Origin: the human T2T-CHM13v2.0 reference genome, Homo sapiens
DNA: 64,000 bases
NCBI RefSeq assembly: GCF_009914755.1
Contig: NC_060940.1
Strand: one strand, 5' to 3'
Below the pieces are notes generated by a model. The model was given only the letters and a program-made list of their open reading frames with translations, was not told where the DNA came from and did no database searches. Both the position numbers and the translations under genes were made by a program. The first letter of the stretch is position 1. Each line of letters starts with the position of its first letter. Positions 47,984 through 64,000 of the stretch are shown one piece after another.

Positions 47984-48569
47984 AACCCTAGGTTAAAAAC
48001 ATTCTCAGCCCCTTGAGCTGTGCCTCATGTAGTGAGGATTTGGGGTTCCCCCTGAGCCAGGCTGTCTCCTCTAGTCATAGGAGGCAGTATCCAGCTAAGG
48101 TGGCTCCAGAAAAGAGTGGGGTGCCCGAGTGCGAACATGACGCTTAAGATGCTATCAGATGCCAGGTCTGCCTGGAGGTGGTCCCCGCACACACCCCTCT
48201 TCTCCAGCCCCACGTTTCTCATCTCTCAACTGGGAGTGAAAGCAATAATACTGCCTCAGTGGTGTGAAGTTGTTCTGAATGAAATGGTTTTGTGTAGTGC
48301 TGCACTTTGAAAGGTATGAACTGCTCTGATAATAGGGTCATTGATTTCTCCTCTGAGCTGTCTCATGTTAGCATGGCCAGGGAAGATCTTCAGCTTCGCC
48401 CTTCGAGCTGGGAGGACCATAACCTATTTCCCCAAAGTGTTTCTTCTAAGGCCCTTCATGTAGTGCGTCACTTCCTGTGATAATCCTACTGATTAGGGAA
48501 AAGAGCAATTCTCCTTCACATTTTTCAAAGAGGAAAACTAGGGTACAGATTCAAATGATTTCCCAGTTT

Positions 48570-49800
<1,231 letters not shown>

Positions 49801-50834
49801 AAGTTTCAGGTAAAAGCCCACCAAGTATATATTGCTGCAGACAGACTTTTGGCAAAGTAACTTGGTGATTCCTATCACAAGCCTTAATAATGCGCACACC
49901 CTTTGGCCAGCAATTCCACATCTAGAAATGCCTCCTCAAGCATCTGAGATGTCGCTGTAAGAGGTGAGGATGACGTGGGGATCAGGGCCCCTGGTTCTCC
50001 AGCTGACCTGTGTGCGGGTTCCTTGCCCGGTCTCTTCCTGGCCTCTCCCCGCCTTGCCTTACTGCAGCTTCAACAGGGGAGACAATCCAGGTGCACGTGC
50101 GTGTGATGTGTGTGTGTTGTGTGTTGCCTGAGGTTTTGCACACTCTGGGTGAGAGGAGCAGCACATTTGGGAGTTCTTGGGGACACGAAAAGAGAGGAGA
50201 GTCTTGAGGTTGATGGGAAGGGGCAGGCTCACAGAAAGTTCCAGATTCTCCCTGCAGGGAGCTCTTGTCTGATTGCCCAAGGCCAACCTGCTGGAGAAGC
50301 CACAGCTCTGGTTGTTCCGGGATGCTGGGGAAATCAGTGTGAGCACAGCTCCATGGGGAAGTGGCAGAGCAGCCACACCGGGGCAATCTCGTGAGTTCCT
50401 TCTACAGCTGGAGGCTGCTGGGTGGGAAGAAGCAGTGGGGGAAGTGGGGCGGAAGGGGTTGCAGCAGGAGGTTAGGAAACCCCCTCCAGAATACAGACCG
50501 CTGTGGCCTCTTTTCCCATGAGCGGTGGCTCCCCGGCCTCATTGGCCTTCCCGGTTCTTGAACTTTCTAAAGTGGTTACCTTAGGGCCTGCATGCTTCAT
50601 GTTCCCTCTGCCTGGGTCACCTTCAAGCCTTTTCAATGCTGGTTCTCCCTCTTTCCATCTCAGCTCAGAGGTCTGCCTCCCCAACCTCCCCGTCCAAAGA
50701 AGCCACTTCTCAGCCCTCTCAGGACCATCACCTTCAGATCGTCTCTGTAGCACTTAGTGCTGCAGAAGCTCTTGTTTGGTTTTTTATTCTATTAACTCTA
50801 TCTTCCCCTCTCCCTGCCCCTGGTACGTACGTAA

Positions 50835-50858
50835 ACACACACACACACACACACACAC
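50835..50858. repeat. (CA)n microsatellite
   Basis: About 11-12 AC units. Confidence 0.92.
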
Positions 50859-51209
50859 CCCATAAGGTCTCACTCATGGCTTCATTTCTAGCTCCTTGCA
50901 CAGTAACCGATGCATAGTAGATGCTCAGTACATGTGTGAAGAATGACTGGATGTTTGCAGAATCTCATAAGGGCTTTGGAAGGTACAGGTTGACTTAGAA
51001 TTTTAGCCTAATTTGGTTGGTGGAAGCCTCCATCATGGGGCCTACGATGCGAATTGCAAAGTGTAACCGCAGGGGGGTTGCAGTGCTTCAGGCCCGCAGG
51101 CCAGCATGTTCCTATCTGCGGTGACACAGATTCCCCTGTGGCCAAAAACACGGTTTCTCAGAGTCTGGGGACCTGCAGTGGGCCTCAGTACCTCCTTGAA
51201 TGTAGAACG

Positions 51210-51400
51210 AAGCAGATGGGCTGGGATGCAATCCACAGATGGGTTTTTTGACTCCCAGCGTGTTTTGAAATAAATTTAAATTAGTTGCCAGTGTTGAAAA
51301 ATCAGAAGATTTCATGTAACGGGATTTCAGCATTCCTTAGAAACCTGTAGAAGCTCTGATACTCCTGGGTCTACATTCCCAAATGGTAGCACCGGGCTGG
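51210..51400. mobile_element. MER102/Charlie8-like hAT fragment
   Basis: AAATTAGTTGCCAGTGTTGAAAAATCAGAAGATTTCATG motif. Confidence 0.5.
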
Positions 51401-51879
51401 CTCTGAGCAGGGACAGTGTGGCTCCTTGCTGGACCACCTCCTCTGTTTTCGCCAGATGGCCAAGACTGTGACCCTGCAATGTGAGAGTGGCCATGACCTT
51501 GTCCTGCCTAGAGGCCCACAATGACCTTTCCTTCTTAGAGGAAGAGGGTGGGGTTGCTTCCCTTGCCATGACCACACACAGTCACTGCTGTGACATCTTA
51601 GATCTGTGAGCGAGCCCCAGACAGCTGAGATCCCTGAGCTGAGGGGTCCGGGGACAGGGGTGGTGCACGCCACAGCTATCGGCGTGCAGGACCAGCCCTC
51701 CTGCCACCCATCTGCTTCCTCTCACTCTGTGCCTCTCCTGTGATATCGCCTCCGTGCTGAGCCCACGGAGGAAGGCGGCACCCAGCACTCAGGGCTTCTG
51801 GGAGAGGGTGACTCACGAGAGCATCTGAACGGCCCAAGAGTGCCTGAGGCTGGATCAGAAATAGCCACGATCGTCCAGT

Positions 51880-53662
<1,783 letters not shown>

Positions 53663-55522
53663 TAGAATATAGACTTTTTAGAGTTGTGTGAATTTGTAGT
53701 ACAGACAGCACTAGCTTAATGTTCCTACTATATTTACTGTAAACATTTTACTAGTGTGTGGTTTTTCATTTTTAATGCCGGGCATGTTACTGTGTGTGTG
53801 GTTTTCTGTTCTTTGGTGAGTGAGAATGCGCTTGTGGAAGGGCCTTGGGTTTCTGATCCAATCTTGATGCCTCGGCCAGGGGGGACCCATCAGAGACTAG
53901 GCGCCCTGGCCGGGGACGCAGCTGGCGAGGGGAGACCCCGACCGGCCACTCCTTGCTCTCCAGGTCCCTGAGCTGTAGCCACTGCCTTTTGAGCTCATCA
54001 GAGTCCTTGGTGCTGTCCTGGCCTGGAAAGTTCTACTGAGCTGAGGTTTATGCTTCTCTCTTGTGGACGGAGGCTTGCTTTGCGGGGCTCCCCTGAACAT
54101 GCCTAGCACCACGCTGGTGACCTGGAACCAGCCTTTTCTCTTTCTGACTCAGGGTATTTAAAAATATCCCAGGCTGGAGAATTTGGAGGAATCCATCATC
54201 AATGGGTGAGCATTAAGCTCTTAAGAGGCAGAAAAGGCCATTCTGCTATTGAATTGTCCTCTGAAGACGCGTTCAGTTCAGCAGTTTCACAGCCACCTCA
54301 CTGGCAGGCATTGTCCTAGATATTTGGGGTCTAACAGGGACAGGGCTGTGGTTAGAGGTGTGCTCTGCTCTGAGGGGCTGTCAGGAGGGCGTCTCCTTCC
54401 CGCCTAGCTGTCTGCCTCTGTACTGGTGAGGAAGGTTCCCCAGTACCTTCTAAACCAGCAGTCAGGAGACCTGGGTTAGAAGCGAAGATTCAGATCCCAG
54501 CTCTGCCACCCTGTGACCTATGTAGCCAGCTCCCCTGACCCTGTGAGCATGTTCACAATCCGGTCTGTTCCTTCGTTCAGCAAGCACACGACACACATGC
54601 ACGTAGTCAGGAGTCCTCGCTGGGCACAGCATGGCTACGGTGGTGCCAGGGCATGGTCCCTCTGGAGGGGCGTATACTTTACGGGTAAACAGAGATACTG
54701 GTGTCTGTCAGTAAAGCAAGCAGGATGATGAATGAGGCTGAATAAGATGCTGGAGCCCACAGAGGAGTCAGTCATTCATGTTGAATAGGAGCAGAGTGGA
54801 GCTTCTCAGAAGACGTGGCCGAGGCAGAGGCTTGAGGGGTGAATAGAACTCCGGGGTGGGAATGGCGGAGGAAAAAGTTGGGGAATGGAGAAGGGAGAGG
54901 GCTGCCCAGGCTGAGGAGCCGAGGGGTGTGTCGTTGTCCAGCGGGGCTGCAGTGCTGGGAGAGGGGACAGGTCCAGATGGCAAATGTTGTGCTTAGCAAC
55001 CATCATAGGGTTTGAGAAGGATGCTGAGAGGAGATAGACCTGTGACAGTCTGGGAATGTTTTTGACGAGAACAGAGCCCAGGAAGGAGGAGGTCAGAGCT
55101 CAGGAGGTGAGGTGTGTCTTCCTCAGTAGGGAGGTTCTTCCGTAGCCACTGATTCCAGTGACAGCTAGCGGGCAGGTGGATTGTCCCTGGTGATCCTCCG
55201 TTTCCAGCCCAGGATGGGCCTTTTCTGTCCTGGCGATGGGCTCAGTCTTGGGGCTGGAGCGGGGAGGAGGCCAGCAGAGGCCGTGTGCTGACAGTCTGAA
55301 ATGCTGATGTCAGTGTTTATTTGTTCATTCATTTCACAAGTATTTATTGAGGACCTACCATGGACCAGGTGTTGAACAGTAAAGCGGACAGTAGGAAGAT
55401 GATAGCAAAGAGGCACCCCAAATTCCGGAAGAGCAGAGATTCTCTTTCTGGGGAGTCTGTGATCTAGGTCGGGATTCTGGTGAGGAGTGGCGCTAATGTC
55501 TGTGTCTGTGTTTCCATTCTAG

Positions 55523-55694
55523 ATGCCGTAGGGCCAGGTGAGCTGCTGTGAAGGACTCATTCTTGGTAGCCGGCAGTTACTGGCAACTTGTGAGCTTGGT
55601 GGGCTCCTACTAACGCACCTGGGACACCAGGCTGCTGGGCTCCCCTCTAGGCAGCCTCCCCTCCAGGCAGCCTCACCAGCAGCTCCCCTGAGCC
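55523..55694 (+). other. KIAA0513: KIAA0513 exon 2, 5'UTR portion (172 nt)
   Basis: Acceptor TTTCCATTCTAG|A at 55522/55523; in-frame TGA at 55689-55691 precedes the start codon. Confidence 0.8.
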
Positions 55695-56023
55695 ATGGAG
55701 ACCCCAGAGGTCCCCGTGGGCTCGCTAATCGACTTTGGGCCTGAGGCACCCACCTCTTCTCCCCTGGAGGCACCACCCCCTGTGCTGCAGGACGGCGATG
55801 GCTCCCTGGGGGACGGTGCATCAGAGAGTGAGACCACTGAGTCTGCGGACAGTGAGAATGACATGGGCGAGTCGCCCTCGCACCCGTCCTGGGACCAAGA
55901 CCGCCGTTCCTCCTCCAACGAGTCCTTCTCCTCCAACCAGAGCACCGAGTCTACCCAGGATGAAGAGACCCTGGCACTCAGGGACTTCATGCGTGGCTAC
56001 GTGGAGAAGATCTTCTCTGGAGG
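55695..56023 (+). CDS. KIAA0513: KIAA0513 first coding exon (exon 2): [19 protein letters not shown]...[14 protein letters not shown], acidic Ser-rich N-terminus
   Basis: Recognised protein N-terminus; Kozak GCCATGG; donor AGG|GTAAGG at 56024; 329 nt, phase 2, compatible with the next exon. Confidence 0.95.
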
Positions 56024-56404
56024 GTAAGGGGCCTGTGTGGACGAGACAGCCTGGTGTGGCCACAGGGCCCAAGGGGACTCGCCTCCTGCTCTCGGCTCTG
56101 CCTCTCCCCAGGGTGCCACCTGGGACCAGAGCTTCCATTTCCCCATCAGCCAGGGGTGGCGACTGCAGGGGCCTCACTCCACTCCAGGCTGCATGCAGAG
56201 CCACGTGGAGAACTTTAAAAGAATACCTGAGCCTGGACTTCACTCCAGACCAGTTATATCAGTTCTCTAGGGTGAGGCCCAGCATCAAAGTATGTGCGGC
56301 TCCCAGGTGATTTGGAAGGGCAACCATGCAGAGAATCCCTGGAGGGACACGCTCCGGAGTGCCCAGCTCACAGGTCCCCATCATCCCCGTGAGCTCCATT
56401 ATGT

Positions 56405-58192
<1,788 letters not shown>

Positions 58193-58299
58193 TAATATCT
58201 CAGCCAGGGGAAGGAGGACGCACACACACCCCGGAGCCATGGGGTTCAGGTGTGGATTGTGGAGCTTCCACCATTCACAGCAGCACACTAGATAAGGAT

Positions 58300-58460
58300 G
58301 GTCTTGCTGCTGTGTCGTGTGTGGGCCGGCAGCATTGGCATCTCCTGGGAGCTTGTGAGAAATGCAGAGTCTTGAGCCCTGCCTGGCCCCACTGAGTGAG
58401 AACGTGCCCTTTAACAAGATCAGTAGACAGTTCTTACACGTCAGCGTCTGAGAGGCACTG
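58300..58460. mobile_element. MER5A DNA transposon (a second MER5-like copy at ~56180-56320)
   Basis: CAGCATTGGCATCTCCTGGGAGCTTGTGAGAAATGCAGA..TTTAACAAGATC..GAGAGGCACTG. Confidence 0.8.
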
Positions 58461-58506
58461 GCTTAAGGGTAAGTTTTCCAGTTTCATTAACACAATTAGA
58501 ATTTGT

Positions 58507-59330
<824 letters not shown>

Positions 59331-60406
59331 TTATGTTTAATTTGAGTGCATTTTAGGAGAGCAGATGTAGCTTCCTACTCGTTTTGTTTGACCAACACTG
59401 AGATGGGTGCGCTTTCTCTGAGCACACGCTGGTTAACGAAAGGGGAAAATGCCCAGAAGTTTGTTCATTTGCCAGGAAAGCCAGCCTCTATTTGCAGTAG
59501 CCCATCAGCAATACGGAATGTGGACACCTGAGTCAGATGCATCTTCACAAGCGTTCCAGAAATTACTGCAAAAGCCTGCAGATACACATATTTCATCTGA
59601 TGCTGTTATTGAGAGTAAATAAGGACCAAGATGTTTTCTACAAAACATAAATGAAGATTGCATAAGCCAAGTGATCTTCAGCCTTCTGCTCCATTTTTGA
59701 GTCTTTAAATTTGGGAAAGAGTGTTGGCCCCTTGCAAAGAGTGATGAGAAGTGGCCTGAAATCATGTGAGCATGTTATCCATCCTAGTGGTGGCGACACC
59801 AAGATGGAGGTCCCCGGTCTCCATCCCTCTCACACACAGCAGGGGATGGCCTGAACCATGAGCAGCCTCGCTCCAGAAGTGCAGAGGGATGAGCGAGCGC
59901 CCCGCTGATACGTGGGAGGTGATTTTCTTCTTGGCCTCAGACCTTGGCGTCAGTATGCTGAGACAGAGCAAATTCAGGATGTCTTAAATTCAGGGGCTGG
60001 TTCCATGCTGACTTCAGCATCAAAAACTAGTGGGAAGTCAGAGAGCTGGAGAACCAAGACCTCTTAGGGTTCGTGCCCTTATCCAGGCTCAGACCTCCCC
60101 AGGCAGGGGTCAGGAGGCGCAGGGGAAGGACATGGGCTTTGGAACCAGGAAGGCTGGATGGAACTCTGGTTCACCACTCTCAAGCCGGCGTGTGATTCTC
60201 CAAGCCAGGCTCCTCGCCTTTGAAATAATAGTAACACCCTTTCCTCATGGGACCGCCCGGAGGCTGAGATGAGCTGATGGGAGTTGGGGTCTGTGCTTGG
60301 CTGGGGAATATTTCGTTAGTTCCTTCTCCTTGCTCTTCCCCTGTTGCTCCAGGGGATTGAAAAGGGTTTTTTTTTTTTTTCCTCTGCTCTTTTTTTTTTT
60401 TTTTAG

Positions 60407-60506
60407 GGAGGACTTGGATCAGGAGGAGAAAGCCAAGTTTGGAGAGTACTGCAGCAGTGAAAATGGAAAAGGCCGGGAGTGGTTTGCTCGATACGTGAGT
60501 GCCCAG
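60407..60506 (+). CDS. KIAA0513: KIAA0513 exon 3: (G)[33 protein letters not shown]
   Basis: Long poly-T tract + AG at 60405-60406; donor CAG|GTAAGG at 60507; 100 nt, restores frame (329+100=429). Confidence 0.95.
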
Positions 60507-60588
60507 GTAAGGGCGAGGTGATGGGAAGGATGGGCGTTTACTCTCAAGGAAGAATCTAGTGAAGCATAACAAATTTGACTTTATCCTA

Positions 60589-60835
<247 letters not shown>

Positions 60836-61548
60836 AATAGTGAGAAACAGGAAGTAGCTCATTTGGATGTCGCACTTCAAGGGAAAGAGTAAGAAACTGG
60901 GCTTTCAACTTTATGAAATTCCGGAAAAGCTCAGTTTTTAAAGGCAAGCATGTGAATTATGTGCGTGCATATTTTTATTAACCCATAATACTCAGTGTTT
61001 TGTAAAAAACAAAAAATATTCAAGACCATGACAGCCATGTGAAGAAAATATATTAACAAAGTTTAGAAAAGAATTAAATTTTGTAAATATCCAATAGGTT
61101 CTTTTTTTTTTTTCCTGAGTGGCCTAAGTTTTTAGTTTTTGAGTATTTTAGTGCAAATAATTTATTTTTCATGGAAAAGTTAGAAAATGCAGATGAGCAA
61201 AGAGAAGTTAATTACCCACAAATGCACAATTTGGAAACAGCCAGTGTTGTCACTGTGGGGTATCTTTCTGTGTGTGGGTGTGTATGAAGTTCCTACTTTT
61301 AAAAATCTGGGAAGGACACCGAGGGGAACCCCTGCATGTGCCCTGCCCAGTGATGGTTGGGTGCAGGTGGCTACACTCTGCCCGGGTCCTGGCAGAAGGG
61401 GTGGGTTCTATAGTGCAGAGGCAGCAGACATCCTGGGCCCCCATCCCAGCTGCATTTGGAAACACTGAGAGTGCAAAGCCTGCAGCTTCACTGAGTGCTG
61501 CGTGTGTCGCCCTGAACGTCAATGATGTGTCTGCCTCTTTCTGGACAG

Positions 61549-61622
61549 CGCTGCAACTCCAAGTGTGTCTCAGAGGCAACCTTCTACCGCCTGGTGCAGT
61601 CTTTTGCAGTGGTGCTGTTCGA
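61549..61622 (+). CDS. KIAA0513: KIAA0513 exon 4: [24 protein letters not shown](E)
   Basis: Acceptor CTCTTTCTGGACAG|C, donor CGA|GTAAGT at 61623; 74 nt, phase 0 in, open frame; missed by the ORF track. Confidence 0.9.
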
Positions 61623-62316
61623 GTAAGTAATGCCGTGGCACAAAGCCTTTGTCCTGGCAAGCTCCTCTTCCCTCCCTGCCTCCCTCCCCACCCAGCCGTG
61701 TCATAACCCAGCTGTGAACCATATCCACACTAGTCATCAGGTTGCAGTTGCTCTGCTACGCCCAGCATTCAGCTAAAAGGCACAGTCGTGACCTCCATCT
61801 CGCGGGAGCAGGGCTGGCAGTCCTTAGCTGGCAGCGAATGAGAGGGCTGCCGCTGCGTGTGAGGAGCATCCTCTGTGTGGGTCCCCAGGGCCAGATGGTG
61901 ATGGTGCACTGTGGCCCTGCCCTCCCCGGGAGATCTGGTACTTTCCCGAGTTCCTATTGTAGAGTACTTCAAACTCAACCACCCACCCCACTAGCATATA
62001 AACACTTAATGATATGTTGGGAGGACTGTAGCTTTCCCTGCGAACACTGATTAGGCACTGCTGGGGCCTTTTATCACAGGAAGCCCTTGGTAGGCGGTGA
62101 GGGGTGGTGGAAAGGGCATGGCTGCCAGCTGGAGATTTGGGGCCAATCCCATCTCTGCCCCCGCTCACCTGTGAGATTAGGGAGCCAGACCCCATGAGGC
62201 ATAGACCCTCTTCTCAGGAGCATGACTCTCTGGGGTCAACAGACCAGCTTCATGCCTCCAAAGTGTGAAATGGAGGGGATGCCTCTTGGCCTTGGGGAGG
62301 CTGGGCAGTGGCCTGA

Positions 62317-63112
<796 letters not shown>

Positions 63113-64000
63113 TGCTCTCTTGAGTCCCAGTTCTCCTGCTTCATGTCTCTCCACTTTCTCTCTTTCTCTTTGAACTTGGGCATATACTGGAAGAAGACCA
63201 ACAAAAGGAGTATCCCTATTTTTCCTGCTCTTGCTCAGGATACCCCAAGTCCAAGATCCATTTCCCCTCTGAGGTCTGGCCTTCAGAGCTGGCCAGGGGA
63301 GGGCTAAGAAACCACTGAAAGAGGTTGAGTGAGCCCTCACCTTTGGCCAAGAGGGCGGTGGTTTAAAACAGGCCCTCCAGATTGCCTTTTATGAAACATT
63401 CTCTCATTCAATTAAGATACTTCAATTTCCGACATTTGCAGTCACAGGCATTTTCATGAAGTCCCATTTTGCATAGTTCTAATTCTCCATTTTCTTTCTT
63501 TCTTTTTTTTAATTTGCACTAGGCTAAAAGTAATTCTCCATTTTCCTTTGAGTTTTTTGTCCTATATAAGTAACGTTGGGGAGGGAGGGGATTAAAGTCC
63601 CAACCCTGCCAAAACACAAAAATTCTTGCCATCACTTGGTCCCTGAGCATATATATGTTTGTATAGTTGCAAAAACAAAGTGAAACAAAAACCCTTTTAC
63701 TATTTAGACAATATGGGATTTTTTAGTTTTATAATCTTTAGTTTGTTAAACATCTAAAGTAAAAAGTTAATTTTTACTTTTAGTCTTTTATAGTTTTATT
63801 ACTAGTTTAGTTGATTAGTTTTTTATATAAAAAGATAAAAATGGCCTTTAATCCCACTGTCTAGATAATTTCTTTTGACTTGTAAAGTAATAATTGTCCA
63901 AGGTTAAAACCCAAACAGGAAAGAAAAGTCTAAAAGGGATCAGGATAGAAAGGCAAAGAAACCTACAAGGCAAAGGAATGGCCCGACCCAAGACCAAGAC

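Noticed and set aside
54008-54028. GGTGCTGTCCTGGCCTGGAA as a reverse RE1 site
   Set aside because: Only one half-site matches well.
61272-61706. 144-aa ORF spanning exon 4
   Set aside because: Different frame from the spliced KIAA0513 exon and mostly intronic.

Overview
Human (or very close hominid) genomic DNA, Alu-rich and moderately GC-rich. It contains the 5' part of KIAA0513 on the + strand: a CpG-island promoter and non-coding exon 1 (~16.3-16.5 kb), a ~39 kb first intron, then exon 2 (55523-56023, ATG at 55695), exon 3 (60407-60506) and exon 4 (61549-61622). These splice in frame through GT-AG junctions; the gene continues beyond the window. A second CpG island at the left edge (1-~660) is most likely the divergent promoter and first exon of ZDHHC7 (- strand), assigned from remembered 16q24.1 gene order and leader sequence, not from coding sequence. 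The rest is mostly repeats: about 60 Alu copies or fragments (several nested), ERV1 and MaLR solo LTRs, old L1/L2/MIR and hAT DNA-transposon fossils. Almost all ORFs in the supplied track are Alu- or GC-derived noise. I found no prokaryote-type system (CRISPR, operon, phage). The most interesting signals are around the KIAA0513 5' end: a splice-junction minimal uORF, a complete cryptic intron inside the exon 2 5'UTR, a ~105-codon alternative-frame ORF whose stop lies in a competing donor, a perfect CLEAR/E-box palindrome in the promoter, and a possible retro-copied 3'UTR fragment in intron 1. Repeat subfamily names and most repeat boundaries are by eye and approximate.
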